A DNA stretch of 64,000 nt from Gammaproteobacteria bacterium (GCA_963662865.1 OY759969.1:1707638-1771637), one strand, 5' to 3'; positions 30,722 to 40,428 are shown, counted from the stretch's first letter. Notes: generated by a model from the letters alone, not told the origin. Numbers and translations are program-made.

Positions 30722-31483
30722 GTGGCGGTAAGGCGACGACACTTCAGGCCATCGCTGTTGCCCAGCGTAGTCGTGCTGATAATGCTGGCAGCGCTGTGTT
30801 CACTCGGAAGCTGGCAGCTCAATCGTGCCGATGAAAAGCAGCGATTGATGGATCGCTATAGCAGGGCCTCGGAGTTGCCGACAGTGGATATTGGTAGTCT
30901 TGACCGGGATTGGCAGGGTTATCAATATCGCCGTATTGAGTTATCAGGCGAATACGATGAACTTCATCATATCCTGCTGGAAAATCGGATTCACAAAGGC
31001 CTGCCCGGTTATCTGGTTCTGACCCCGTTTGTTTTGGCGGGCGGAGATAAAGCGGTGTTGGTGAATCGCGGTTGGATAGCGAAAGCAAAGGACTCTAAAG
31101 AATTGATCAGGATTGACAAAAATGTATCACGGATAAACGGTTTGGTTAGCCATCCACCATCTGTTGGTATGAAAATGGGCTCACTGGACGACTCGCCTGC
31201 GGGTTGGCCGAAGGCAATTCCCTATGTGGAAACCGAATGGATGGCGTTGCAGCTCGCCAAACCGATCTTGCCCTGGGTGGTATTGCTTGACCCGGATGAA
31301 CCCCATGGATTCATTCGTGAATGGCAACCGTCGGTGCGTATGGGGCCGGAGAAACATAAGGGCTATGCTTTCCAGTGGTTTGCACTGGCCATAGCACTGA
31401 TTTTTTTATTTGTGGCCGGTAGTCTGAAACCGAAGGGTGCGGTGGCGAACACTCAGGTTGCCGGCAGTGAGGATCGGCAATGA
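30722..31483 (+). CDS. SURF1-family cytochrome oxidase assembly protein
   Basis: N-terminal TM followed by LGSWQLNRADEKQRL (SURF1 hallmark), VLVNRGWI, and a C-terminal TM after YAFQWFALA. GTG start. Confidence 0.8.
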   Translation: MAVRRRHFRPSLLPSVVVLIMLAALCSLGSWQLNRADEKQRLMDRYSRASELPTVDIGSLDRDWQGYQYRRIELSGEYDELHHILLENRIHKGLPGYLVLTPFVLAGGDKAVLVNRGWIAKAKDSKELIRIDKNVSRINGLVSHPPSVGMKMGSLDDSPAGWPKAIPYVETEWMALQLAKPILPWVVLLDPDEPHGFIREWQPSVRMGPEKHKGYAFQWFALAIALIFLFVAGSLKPKGAVANTQVAGSEDRQ

Positions 31484-32088
31484 GCCCTCGTGCGGCACTT
31501 GTATTGACAGCGGCGGTATTTATCGTCTCACCGATTCTAGCATGGCTGATTCACGCCGGCGTTATTGACATCGGGCTGGAAACGGCTGGCGGCAAGAATC
31601 GAGGAGAACTGATACATCCTGCGCGGCTGCTTGCAGGATTTGAACTGGTTGATGACGAAGGGCAACCAATTGATCGGGAAAACTTTCTTGGTAAATGGTC
31701 GCTACTCGAGATTGTAGATAATGCCTGCCTTGAAGACTGCATGAAAAATATTTATAAAATGCGCCAACTCCGCCTGGCGATTGGTAAGGACGCTTATCGT
31801 ATGCAGCGTGTCGTGATTGCTGAAAAAGACACCGATATGCGGAAAATAATGTCGGACAACCCCGGTACCCTGTTCTACCGTATTGTAGAGAAGTCTCAAC
31901 CGATGCTGGCACAGTTTCCAGGATATGTGGAAGGAGACATATCCCTGATAGCGGGCAGGATCTATATTGTTGACCCGCTTGGAAACCTGATGATGCGGTA
32001 TCCTGGTAATGTTGACCCATCGGATATTCTTGAGGATATGCGTCATTTGCTTAAAGCGACCTGGATTCGCCCCACCGGTAAGTCATGA
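31480..32088 (+). CDS. hypothetical membrane-anchored protein in the haem-A/oxidase assembly cluster (possibly SCO-like thioredoxin fold; CLEDC motif)
   Basis: 202 aa with an N-terminal TM and a CxxxC (NACLEDCMKN) at the position where SCO1/SenC proteins carry the copper-binding CxxxC. Translationally coupled (ATGA overlaps) between the SURF1 and ctaA genes. Confidence 0.4.
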   Translation: MSPRAALVLTAAVFIVSPILAWLIHAGVIDIGLETAGGKNRGELIHPARLLAGFELVDDEGQPIDRENFLGKWSLLEIVDNACLEDCMKNIYKMRQLRLAIGKDAYRMQRVVIAEKDTDMRKIMSDNPGTLFYRIVEKSQPMLAQFPGYVEGDISLIAGRIYIVDPLGNLMMRYPGNVDPSDILEDMRHLLKATWIRPTGKS

Positions 32089-33122
32089 ATAAGCGTTTAT
32101 ATGGAAATCTCCTGCTTTTTGCAGTTGCACTGACCGCGCTTGTTGTTGTGCTGGGGGCCTTTGTCCGACTGGCTGATGCTGGTCTGGGCTGCCCTGACTG
32201 GCCTGGCTGTTACGGCCATATGGTTGCACCCTTAACCGATGCTGAAATGGCCAGGGCTGAGCGGGAACACTCATGGCGTCCAGTAGATTTTTCCAGTGCC
32301 ATCAAGGAAATGGTACATCGCTATTTTGCCGGCGGTCTGGTTTTAACCGTATTTGTTCTCATGGTATTGGCCTGGAAAAATCACCAGGATGCGGACGCGC
32401 CGGTCAGACTGGCGACTTTTGTGATGGCATTGATTCTGTTTCAGGCCGCGCTCGGCATGTGGACAGTGACCTGGAAGCTGAAGCCGATTATTGTAACGGG
32501 CCATCTCCTGGGAGGCTTTGCAACATTGGCCTTGCTGTGGCTGATGGTGCTGCGCATGAGGCGTGTTGACATTGCTTCTGCCACCGGCGCAACCGCCGGA
32601 TTTAAACTTGCAGGTTTTGCCGGACTGGTCATTGTAATTGTCCAGATTACACTGGGCGGTTGGACCAGTTCCAACTATGCAGCACTTGCCTGCCCTGACT
32701 TTCCCACCTGTCAGACACAGTGGTGGCCAGCTATGGACTGGTCGGAAGGATTTGTGCTCTGGCGCGGAATCGGTCAGAACTATGAGTTTGGCGTACTTGA
32801 ACCAGATGCCCGAACCGCAATTCACATGGCACACCGCATCGGTGCCATGCTGACTTTTTTGTATATTGCGGCGCTGTCAATCGCAGTGATGAAAGCAGAC
32901 GTTAGTCGAATAATAAAACGTATTGCCGGAATTGTGATGATAATATTGCTAATCCAGATTTCCCTGGGAATCAGCAATATCATCTTCTTCTTACCGCTGG
33001 TAGTTGCAACGGCACATAGCGCAGTTGGCGCCATGCTGTTATTGAGTATGGTCACGCTGGTATATTCCATGTACTGCTGGTCCGGGCGGGATACAAAAAT
33101 CGAGGCTGAAAATAATGTGTGA
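32085..33122 (+). CDS. ctaA: haem A synthase (COX15/CtaA)
   Basis: 345 aa with about 8 TM helices, CPDWPGCYG and CPDFPTC motifs, and conserved His residues (HR, HLLGG, HMAHR, HSAVG). Confidence 0.8.
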   Translation: MNKRLYGNLLLFAVALTALVVVLGAFVRLADAGLGCPDWPGCYGHMVAPLTDAEMARAEREHSWRPVDFSSAIKEMVHRYFAGGLVLTVFVLMVLAWKNHQDADAPVRLATFVMALILFQAALGMWTVTWKLKPIIVTGHLLGGFATLALLWLMVLRMRRVDIASATGATAGFKLAGFAGLVIVIVQITLGGWTSSNYAALACPDFPTCQTQWWPAMDWSEGFVLWRGIGQNYEFGVLEPDARTAIHMAHRIGAMLTFLYIAALSIAVMKADVSRIIKRIAGIVMIILLIQISLGISNIIFFLPLVVATAHSAVGAMLLLSMVTLVYSMYCWSGRDTKIEAENNV

Positions 33123-34041
33123 TCAAGCCATAACAACGCGGTCAACCTGGGAAAGTTATTACGAGATGACAAAACCCAATGTAGTTTTTCTGATCGTATT
33201 TACCGCCATTGTCGGCATGATGCTGGCAACGCCTGGTATGGTGCCGTTGCCGCCCCTCATATTTGGCTCGATTGGTATCGGCCTTGGTGCGGCCTGCGCC
33301 GCCGTCATCAACCACATGGTTGATCAGAAAATTGACATGCGCATGAACCGCACCGCGAACCGCCCGTTACCGACTGGCCAGGTGGATAATATTCAGGCCG
33401 GTGCATTTGCGCTGGCTTTAGGCAGCTTATCAATGCTGATTCTGGTTGGGCTGGTTAATCTGATAACGGCCGCACTGACATTTGTGTCCCTGATCGGCTA
33501 TGCGTTTGTTTATACCATGTACTTGAAGTGGGCCACCCCGCAGAATATCGTGATTGGCGGTGCCACGGGCGCTGCGCCCCCCATTTTGGGATGGGCGGCT
33601 GTTACTGGTGATATACATCCTCATGCGTTACTGCTTTTCTTGATTATTTTTGTCTGGACTCCACCCCATTTCTGGGCATTGGCAATTGCCAAAAGACATG
33701 AATATGAAAAGGCCCGTTTGCCAATGTTACCCGTGACCCACGGCGTCGCATTCACGCGGCTTCACATACTGCTATACACAATATTGTTATTTCCGATCTC
33801 GCTTCTGCCATTTGCCGTTTCCATGAGCGGTTGGCTGTACTTTGCCGGTGCAATTGGACTGGGTGGCGGGTTTCTTTACCACGCCATTCAGTTGTACCGC
33901 CACCCGGAGGATGATCAGTATCTGCCGATGAAGACATTTGGTTTTTCGATCCTGTATTTGATGGCGCTGTTTGCGTTTTTGTTAGTGGACCACTACACGC
34001 CGATGGCTATTTCGCTATTTTCACAAGGATACTTCGGATAA
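33115..34041 (+). CDS. cyoE: protohaem IX farnesyltransferase (haem O synthase)
   Basis: UbiA-family blocks (YYEMTKPNVVFL, NHMVDQKIDMRMNRTANRPLPTG, WTPPHFWALA). Confidence 0.9.
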   Translation: MCDQAITTRSTWESYYEMTKPNVVFLIVFTAIVGMMLATPGMVPLPPLIFGSIGIGLGAACAAVINHMVDQKIDMRMNRTANRPLPTGQVDNIQAGAFALALGSLSMLILVGLVNLITAALTFVSLIGYAFVYTMYLKWATPQNIVIGGATGAAPPILGWAAVTGDIHPHALLLFLIIFVWTPPHFWALAIAKRHEYEKARLPMLPVTHGVAFTRLHILLYTILLFPISLLPFAVSMSGWLYFAGAIGLGGGFLYHAIQLYRHPEDDQYLPMKTFGFSILYLMALFAFLLVDHYTPMAISLFSQGYFG

Positions 34042-34185
34042 AACTATTGAGCGCAGACTTAGGGAAACTCTGATCAATTCGTCATAACCCCCTTATTTAA
34101 TATAAATAAGGATCGCGATATACTGCTTTAACGGCTGGGAGGTCCGGCCCGAATTTCCAGTGAAACATGCTTTGGGGAAGTATTC

Positions 34186-34494
34186 ATGAAAATAACTGTA
34201 ATGATCCTGGCAACCAGCCTGTTTACTTTTCAGGTGTTCGCAGATGATAACGTGGCGGCTGGTGAAGACAAGATCCACACCTGTATCGGATGTCACGGTG
34301 CGCCCAATATAGATAACGCCTATCCGACTTATAAAGCGCCGAAAATCGGCGGCCAATCAGCCGCTTATATTGTAAATGCACTGAAGGCATACGCCGACGG
34401 CAATCGTCAGCACTCAACCATGAGGGCGCAGGCTCAATCAATGACAGACGAAGACATGGCTGATATTGCCGCGTACCTTGAGTCACTTAAATGA
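34186..34494 (+). CDS. monohaem class I c-type cytochrome
   Basis: Signal peptide, one CIGCHG motif and a distal Met region (HSTMRAQAQ). 102 aa. Confidence 0.75.
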   Translation: MKITVMILATSLFTFQVFADDNVAAGEDKIHTCIGCHGAPNIDNAYPTYKAPKIGGQSAAYIVNALKAYADGNRQHSTMRAQAQSMTDEDMADIAAYLESLK

Positions 34495-34856
34495 AGGGTA
34501 TGATAATGAAGCTACCAGACATACTGATTATCGGTTTATTGGCAATCTCTGCTTCTTCAGCCTTTGCCTATAAAGGCGACGCTGCTGCCGGTGAAGCCAG
34601 GGCGACCGCCTGTGCGGCCTGTCACGGGCAGGGTGGTAACAGCACGATTCCCATAAACCCTTCCCTGGCCGGGCAAAACTACACATACCTTGAGCGTGCT
34701 CTTCTCGATTACCGCAGCGGTGCCCGCAAAAATGCCATCATGGGCGGTCAGGCAGCCGGCTTGAGTGATGAAGATATAGCCAATCTTGCAAAGTACTACT
34801 CTTCACAAGCGGGGGCACTGGTCGATCTGAAGTTCAGACGACCACATGGCCGGTAG
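34491..34856 (+). CDS. monohaem class I c-type cytochrome (c4/c553-like half)
   Basis: Signal peptide, CAACHG, and LSDEDIANLAKYY typical of c4/c5-type domains. ATGA overlap with the preceding cytochrome gene. Confidence 0.75.
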   Translation: MKGMIMKLPDILIIGLLAISASSAFAYKGDAAAGEARATACAACHGQGGNSTIPINPSLAGQNYTYLERALLDYRSGARKNAIMGGQAAGLSDEDIANLAKYYSSQAGALVDLKFRRPHGR

Positions 34857-34927
34857 TCTGATATTGGATTTTATTCTGTCAATTCCGCAATTGGTATGTT
34901 ATAACTCTCTGAACTGAATGATGGAAA

Positions 34928-36265
34928 ATGATGGAAAAACGTCCTTATTTTCGTAGTTTACGAGGCAGGCTTACGAATCGTGCCCTGCTGTTGGGGTTAT
35001 TGCCGATTTTAATTATTGGCGGAATTTCCTTTTATGGTTTTCAACAGTTGGCCAGGAATGCAACTGTGCAGTTGCAGAGCAGCGAATCAGAATTACTGGA
35101 GAGTCTGGTTGGAGCCAATCTGACTGTTGCCGCCAGGCGCACCGTCGAACAGTTGGATAACTTTTTGCTGGAACGCATTTCAGACGTGATAGCCTGGGCT
35201 TCCGCTCCGACCGTGACTGACGCGGCTAAAAAAGCGGCAACCGAGCATCAGACGCAAGGACTTACTGAACTCTCAGTGAGTCATGTCGAATCCAGATTCA
35301 AGGACAGGAAAAGCCTCAATGTATCACCTGTTGCGACATCATATCTCTTGCAGCAGGTGCAGAATTCCCAGCATTTTGGCGAGGTATTTTTTACCGACAA
35401 ACATGGATTTAATGCCGCATTGACCAACCCAACATCTGACTTCGTTCAACGGGATGAAAACTGGTGGAGAGCGGCTTGGTTGAACGGTATTTCAATAGGG
35501 CAGATTAAGTATGATGACTCTGCCCGTATCTGGTCGGTGGATATTTCTGTGCGTATCGACGACCCGGAAGCCGGAATCAGTCTGGGTGTAATGAAAGCGG
35601 TGCTCGGTGTTTCCCTGATCCAGGAAGTTGCTGATTCGCAGGCAAACACCATAGAGGGCGGGTCCATAACCATTATCAACGATGCCGGATTGCTGGTTGC
35701 GGAGACTGAGAGCGACCATCAGCGCGAGCGCATCATGAATGAATCCGTCAATCTGCGAACGGCCAATGTCGATGAACTCGATACCGTATTCGGAAATTCA
35801 CGCAGCGGATTCATATTGGCCGACTCCGATGTGATCGGGTTCGCCCGGTCTGCCGGTCCCGAATTGTACGGAAGCGTGGTGGCACGCTTTCGAGGTTTTA
35901 GCTATACGGCAATAGTCAGGCAGCCCAATGAGATTGCATTGCGGCCCATTCAAGGCCTGAAATCCATTCAGAGTGAAATTATCACTTCGCAGAAATGGAT
36001 GGTTTACATACTGGCCGGGGCTGTAATCCTCGTTGTGCTATTCGCAGTCGGCCTGTCCAACTCCTTATCACGCTCAATTACCCAACCCCTGAATGAGCTG
36101 CGTGATCTGGCCGATGAAGTCAGTAAGGGCAATACTGAGCGCAGTATCAAGGTTAGCTCCGACGATGAGATCATGGATGTGGGTGTAGCCTTCGAAAGAA
36201 TGAGAACATCGATCGCTATCTTGATTGAGCGCATGAAGAATTACAAAAATAGAAGCGCTTCTTAA
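34928..36265 (+). CDS. membrane sensor-like protein: periplasmic Cache-like domain, TM helix and HAMP domain, with no output domain
   Basis: TM1 (LLLGLLPILIIGGISFYGF). About 300-aa periplasmic region with Cache-like blocks (FFTDKHGFNAALTNPTSDFVQRDENWWRAAW, IWSVDISVRI). TM2, then a HAMP domain (SRSITQPLNELRDLADEVSKGN...DDEIMDVGVAFERM). The ORF ends about 25 aa after HAMP. Confidence 0.65.
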   Translation: MMEKRPYFRSLRGRLTNRALLLGLLPILIIGGISFYGFQQLARNATVQLQSSESELLESLVGANLTVAARRTVEQLDNFLLERISDVIAWASAPTVTDAAKKAATEHQTQGLTELSVSHVESRFKDRKSLNVSPVATSYLLQQVQNSQHFGEVFFTDKHGFNAALTNPTSDFVQRDENWWRAAWLNGISIGQIKYDDSARIWSVDISVRIDDPEAGISLGVMKAVLGVSLIQEVADSQANTIEGGSITIINDAGLLVAETESDHQRERIMNESVNLRTANVDELDTVFGNSRSGFILADSDVIGFARSAGPELYGSVVARFRGFSYTAIVRQPNEIALRPIQGLKSIQSEIITSQKWMVYILAGAVILVVLFAVGLSNSLSRSITQPLNELRDLADEVSKGNTERSIKVSSDDEIMDVGVAFERMRTSIAILIERMKNYKNRSAS

Positions 36266-36285
36266 CAGGGAACCTGGGGGCTGCT

Positions 36286-36828
36286 TTGGCTGCGAGTCAG
36301 TTTGTTCCGAAATCAGAACTGGTTAATCAGCTTCGCCATATTATGAACGCTGGCAAAACCGGCTATCTCTCTATTGTGACCGATACGAGCCGGGCGGCGT
36401 TGTTGCGGTTCCAGCAAGGGAAACTGGTGCAATCCAATGTACGCTCGAAGAATGTCTCAGATGCGATTCAGGTGATCAATCAATGCCGGCAGGTGAAATT
36501 TACTTATGCGGATGCTCCTGTGGATGGCCACTCCGACATCATGCCGATGGACACGTTTCTTCAGTTGATACTCCTGGAGGACGACAGTCAGGTTCCATCT
36601 TCCAAGGAGGAGACTGCTGAAACTGAAATAGCGTACTCCGAGGCCCGCGTGTTGAAAGACATGGCCGCTAATTATTTAGGCCCGATAGCAGACTTCATCG
36701 TGGAAGAAGCACTGGCAAACAACGAAAACATGCTACAAGCTGTGCAAAGTATCACCAAATCCATTCCCGACCCGAATCAGGCCGGTCAGTTCAAATCGGA
36801 GGTGCTGGCAATTTTGCGCGACATTTAA
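36286..36828 (+). CDS. hypothetical protein, DUF4388(PATAN)-like N-terminus
   Basis: 180 aa. GKTGYLSIVTDTSRAALLRFQQGKLVQ resembles the DUF4388 core, and the C-terminal YLGPIADFIVEEAL block is also seen in such proteins. TTG start as given; the real start is uncertain. Confidence 0.4.
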   Translation: MAASQFVPKSELVNQLRHIMNAGKTGYLSIVTDTSRAALLRFQQGKLVQSNVRSKNVSDAIQVINQCRQVKFTYADAPVDGHSDIMPMDTFLQLILLEDDSQVPSSKEETAETEIAYSEARVLKDMAANYLGPIADFIVEEALANNENMLQAVQSITKSIPDPNQAGQFKSEVLAILRDI

Positions 36829-36865
36829 CGCTTGATTCCTCAAGTTGTTGAGAATTGCATAGATA

Positions 36866-36906
36866 CCTCCCCAGATAGAGTCGGGGGGTATAATTTTCTT
36901 TTTATT
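36866..36906 (+). terminator. possible intrinsic terminator
   Basis: CCTCCCC...GGGGGG stem (6 bp including one G-U, 10-nt loop) followed by TATAATTTTCTTTTTATT. Confidence 0.4.
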
Positions 36907-37072
36907 CACCTGCAGGATTTATTGATCTGGATTAAGTCACTTGAAAATCAGCCTCATGCCACGTGGAAAACCGCTTTGCTTGTTGTATGATGAAGATCGC
37001 AGGAAGGCACAGGCTTCAAGATCAATGCTTCCTGTCCCCTGTAATAACACAATGCATTTTCGGAGAATTAAA

Positions 37073-37678
37073 ATGACTTTGAAGAAAACTTTGGCCCTGT
37101 TGGCTGTCACGGGTGCGACTGTAATGATGGGATCATCTATTCAGGCCCAGCCCTGGAGCGGTTCTGGCTATGGTGGTGATAATTTTGGTACTTCCGGTTG
37201 GGGCGATGGGCGCAGTTCCGGCCGTGGTAACGCTTCCGGTGAAGGAGATTTCAATATGAATTTCTCTGGTCGTGGTCAGGGTAATATGGACGGCGACAGT
37301 AACTGGCAGGGTTCCGGTTATGGTTCCGGCAACAACCAGGGCGGCTACTATGGTGGTGGCCCATACGGTTATGGCCCCCGTGGTTACGGTACGCCCCCCG
37401 GTTACGGTACGCCCCCCGGTTACGGTGCGCCCCCCGGTTACGGTACGCCTCCCGGTTACGGTACGCCTCCCGGTTACGGTGCGCCCCCCGGTTACGGTAC
37501 GCCTCCCGGTTACGGTGCGCCCCCCGGTTACGGTACACCCCCCGGCTATGGTGCGCCTTACGGTGGTTACGGTGCCCCCTATGGTTACGGTGCTCCAGGG
37601 ATGATGCCGCAGATGCCTATGCCGCCGCGTCCCGCGCCTCTGGCACCACAACAACAGGTTCCGGCACAGAATAATTAG
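37073..37678 (+). CDS. secreted Gly/Tyr/Pro-rich tandem-repeat protein (sulfur-globule-protein-like composition)
   Basis: GGAG-N7-ATG at 37073 and a Sec signal peptide ([25 protein letters not shown]|QP). The mature part is G/Y/S/N/W-rich, with about 10 PPGYG(T/A) hexapeptides followed by a [12 protein letters not shown] and Pro/Gln tail. Confidence 0.7.
   Translation: MTLKKTLALLAVTGATVMMGSSIQAQPWSGSGYGGDNFGTSGWGDGRSSGRGNASGEGDFNMNFSGRGQGNMDGDSNWQGSGYGSGNNQGGYYGGGPYGYGPRGYGTPPGYGTPPGYGAPPGYGTPPGYGTPPGYGAPPGYGTPPGYGAPPGYGTPPGYGAPYGGYGAPYGYGAPGMMPQMPMPPRPAPLAPQQQVPAQNN
37382..37561. repeat. 18-bp tandem repeat (about 10 copies), in-frame coding for GYG(T/A)PP
   Basis: GGTTACGGT(A/G)CGCC(C/T)CCC is repeated head to tail, with only the A/G and C/T positions varying. 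Confidence 0.9.
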
Positions 37679-37760
37679 AGCCTGCTCTGCAGTAAATTGC
37701 CCGTTAAGATCCATGGTTTCATCAGGAGCCATGGGGCTTACGGAGCCACTTGCTTACCAG

Positions 37761-38408
37761 CTAATCTGAGTCAACCCGCCGGTCGCGTATTCCATGCGTG
37801 AAAAGCGCCTGAATGCCTGATCGCTGAACCAGGGAGTGGATGTAGTTTCGATAATGCGCGACCGCACTGACGCCATTTGCGGCAACATCGTATATTTTCC
37901 AGTTACCCTGGATGCGTGCGATGCGCAGCTCAACAACAGTCGGGTACTGATTTTGACGATAGACGTGAAGAACGACGTTGACTCTCCCCCGATAGAGATT
38001 GCCGTTAATATTCATTAGCTGTGCCTGCCCTCCCTTGTAGGCGGAAAGATTATTGACCAGAGCGGCAAGAAATCTCCGCTTTATCATAGCACTGACTGCA
38101 CTATGCTGCTGCCGATCAAGAGAGTATTCCAGGCGGCCTAATACCATACTCGACATCACGGAAAAGTCGAAGAAAGGTGCCACCTCGGTTTCGACAAACT
38201 GTTGCAGGCTGGCCGGGTCATCGAGTTGTTTTGACTCAACGAATGCCCGGATCCTGTCGATACCGGCCTGCACCACTTCGCGGGGATTCTGCACAGAATA
38301 CGAAGTCGGACCGGGAGGGTATCCGCCGGGCGACTGACTGGGGCGCTGCGCGTGAACCTGGGTGAAGAGGGTCAAACCGACAATAATGGTAACCAGCAGT
38401 GTTCTCAT
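37761..38408 (-). CDS. MlaC/Ttg2D-family periplasmic lipid-binding protein, second orphan paralog
   Basis: Signal peptide (LFTQVHA|Q) followed by VAPFFDFSVMSSMVLG...IKRRFLAALVNNLSAY, the MlaC-family core. Confidence 0.6.
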   Translation of the reverse strand: MRTLLVTIIVGLTLFTQVHAQRPSQSPGGYPPGPTSYSVQNPREVVQAGIDRIRAFVESKQLDDPASLQQFVETEVAPFFDFSVMSSMVLGRLEYSLDRQQHSAVSAMIKRRFLAALVNNLSAYKGGQAQLMNINGNLYRGRVNVVLHVYRQNQYPTVVELRIARIQGNWKIYDVAANGVSAVAHYRNYIHSLVQRSGIQALFTHGIRDRRVDSD

Positions 38409-38553
38409 ATTCCTGTTCCTTTGGTAGTGAATTGGATTTCATCGTTACCGGATTACCCGGTCAGTATAGCGGTTGTTAAATAAGGATATAAGGCGGGCAT
38501 GAAAAAAACCGGCGGCTGACCGGAGAATAGACGAAAATAGCAGATCGTTCTTA

Positions 38554-39075
38554 TTATTGGCGGATTGTCAGCGTATCACCGCGTTGTATCAATTCCAGCC
38601 GCTTCAGAAAAGACATACCAAGCAGGATTTCATCCGTGTTCATATGGGGATTTATCTGGGCGGCTATATCATACAATTCGATATTGCCAATACCGATGGA
38701 GGCAAGCCGGGTGTTATAGGTTTCAATAACTCCATTTGCGGTATTGGCGTATGAGCGCGTCCCCGCTTTTAATGACAGACGCCGGGCAATATTCTCCGGG
38801 ATGGAAACCAGAGTGGCACCGGTATCAAGGAGGAATGTCACAGATTGGTCATTAATCCTGCCCCGGGCCAGATAATGTCCCTGCTTATTGCGCTTAAGCC
38901 TGATTTCACGCAACCCCTGATCAGATATACTGGATTGAATGTTTTGATTGGGATTCCACTGCTTATCCAGAATATCGCTGAAAAGAAGACTGAGCAGACC
39001 GACTGCAATTATCCAGGCGACAATGATCATATGTCGTCCCATACTCTTTTGAGATTGATCCTCTGATTTCGGCAT
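38554..39075 (-). CDS. membrane-anchored retropepsin-like aspartic protease (TIGR02281-type)
   Basis: Start set to ATG 39075 (MPKSEDQ...), one TM helix, and the FLLDTGATLVSIP active-site DTG. 173 aa. The 64-codon N-extension in the ORF track overlaps the divergent gene. Confidence 0.65.
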   Translation of the reverse strand: MPKSEDQSQKSMGRHMIIVAWIIAVGLLSLLFSDILDKQWNPNQNIQSSISDQGLREIRLKRNKQGHYLARGRINDQSVTFLLDTGATLVSIPENIARRLSLKAGTRSYANTANGVIETYNTRLASIGIGNIELYDIAAQINPHMNTDEILLGMSFLKRLELIQRGDTLTIRQ

Positions 39076-39090
39076 TACCTTCTCCCGACA

Positions 39091-39723
39091 ATGAAAAAAC
39101 CCGTAGAAGAAAAAATACTTATCCCCGGTTCCGCTGGAGAACTGGAGGCCCTGTTGAGCGTAGTCGATGACTATGGTGACAGTATCGGTATCATCTGTCA
39201 CCCACATCCGCTGTACGGTGGCAGCATGAACAACAAGGTGGTTCACTATACCGCCCGCGCACTGCACAAAGTCGGGATGCCTGTGCTGCGTTTCAACTTC
39301 AGGGGAGTTGGGCGCAGCGGAGGCGAGTTCAGCAATGCCATTGGAGAAGCTGACGATCTCAAGGCGGTTGCCGAGTGGTTACGACAAAAATACCCTGCCC
39401 GAAGCCTTATAGTAGCGGGCTTTTCATTCGGTTCCTATGTGGCGGTAAGTCAGGTACGGGCATTGGCCGCAACAAAGCTCATATCCATTGCCCCGCCGGT
39501 GAATCTATATAATTTTCATGAACTGGCACCGCAAATTCCCTGGTTGGTAATCATGGGCGATGAAGATGAAGTTGTACCGGTGTCTGAAGTCCGGCAATGG
39601 CTGGAAAATAAAGCCTCAAACCGCCAGGTGGTGTGGATGAAGGGAGCAAGCCACTTTTTTCACGGCCGCCTGCCGGAATTATCCGGCCACATCGAGAATT
39701 GGCTGACCACTAACACAGATTAA
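39091..39723 (+). CDS. alpha/beta-fold hydrolase
   Basis: 210 aa with the nucleophile elbow GFSFGS, and a late D (GDEDEVV) and H (ASHFFHG) consistent with a Ser-Asp-His triad. Confidence 0.65.
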   Translation: MKKPVEEKILIPGSAGELEALLSVVDDYGDSIGIICHPHPLYGGSMNNKVVHYTARALHKVGMPVLRFNFRGVGRSGGEFSNAIGEADDLKAVAEWLRQKYPARSLIVAGFSFGSYVAVSQVRALAATKLISIAPPVNLYNFHELAPQIPWLVIMGDEDEVVPVSEVRQWLENKASNRQVVWMKGASHFFHGRLPELSGHIENWLTTNTD

Positions 39724-39834
39724 TAACGAGGGAGCGAGCGGAAGAACTCGGTCTTTTTTACGCACTGACCATGGTGTTCTTTGACGCAGGTATGGCAATT
39801 TAACCGGCACAAAGTAGCCGCCGGGGAGTAGGGC

Positions 39835-40428
39835 CTATCTTGTCTTTCGGTTTGCCAGCCAAGCGCTACGGGAATCCGATAAAACCAGTGGACGAATAAT
39901 GTCACCGCAATGGAATCGAAGCTGCCCGTGCTCCAAATCCTCAATATAAAGCTTCAACGTCTCTCTGATGGAAGGAAAGGCCAACTCCTCCCAGGGGATA
40001 TCCCGAGGATCAACCAGATTGACCTCCGATGATTCCGGCCCCGGCCCGAACTCATGACCAACAAGCCTGCCGTAGTAGATCATATAAACCTGATTAATAT
40101 GTGGCAGGTTGAGCAGGGAAAAAAGCCCGTGAATTTTTATTTCCGCCCTCGCTTCCTCCCATGTCTCTCTGGCGGCAGCCTGTTCGACAGTCTCATGATT
40201 TTCCATAAAACCGGCGGGCAGAGTCCACATCCCCCTGCGAGGCTCTATGGCCCTTTTGCAGATAAGAATCTTGTCTTCATGGGTAACAAGGCAACCTGCC
40301 ACAATATTTGGATTCTGATAATGGACAAAATTACAATCTCCGCAAATGAAGCGCGGGCAACTATCCCCGTCAGGTACACGCAACTTGACATCGCCTGAAC
40401 CACATTGCGAACAGTAATTAATTTTCAC
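39835..40428 (-). CDS. NUDIX hydrolase with N-terminal zinc ribbon
   Basis: CSQCGS...CGDCNF zinc ribbon, and the Nudix box GFMENHETVEQAAARETWEEA. Confidence 0.8.
   Translation of the reverse strand: MKINYCSQCGSGDVKLRVPDGDSCPRFICGDCNFVHYQNPNIVAGCLVTHEDKILICKRAIEPRRGMWTLPAGFMENHETVEQAAARETWEEARAEIKIHGLFSLLNLPHINQVYMIYYGRLVGHEFGPGPESSEVNLVDPRDIPWEELAFPSIRETLKLYIEDLEHGQLRFHCGDIIRPLVLSDSRSAWLANRKTR

Noticed and set aside
37382-37561. CRISPR-like regular short repeats (also considered for the 339-bp array at 62712-64000 and the 860-bp array at 45326-49670).
   Set aside because: The repeats are directly abutting with no unique spacers, are in frame inside ORFs with clear protein logic, and there are no cas genes.
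37133-37732. 199-aa minus-strand ORF (RTVTG repeats) opposite the Gly/Tyr repeat gene.
   Set aside because: It is a mirror translation of the same 18-bp repeat. The plus-strand reading has GGAG-N7-ATG, a canonical signal peptide and a clean stop, while the minus-strand one has none of these.
39720-39944. 74-aa minus-strand ORF overlapping the 3' end of the NUDIX gene and the hydrolase stop.
   Set aside because: It overlaps two better-supported genes, and has no SD and no recognisable motifs.
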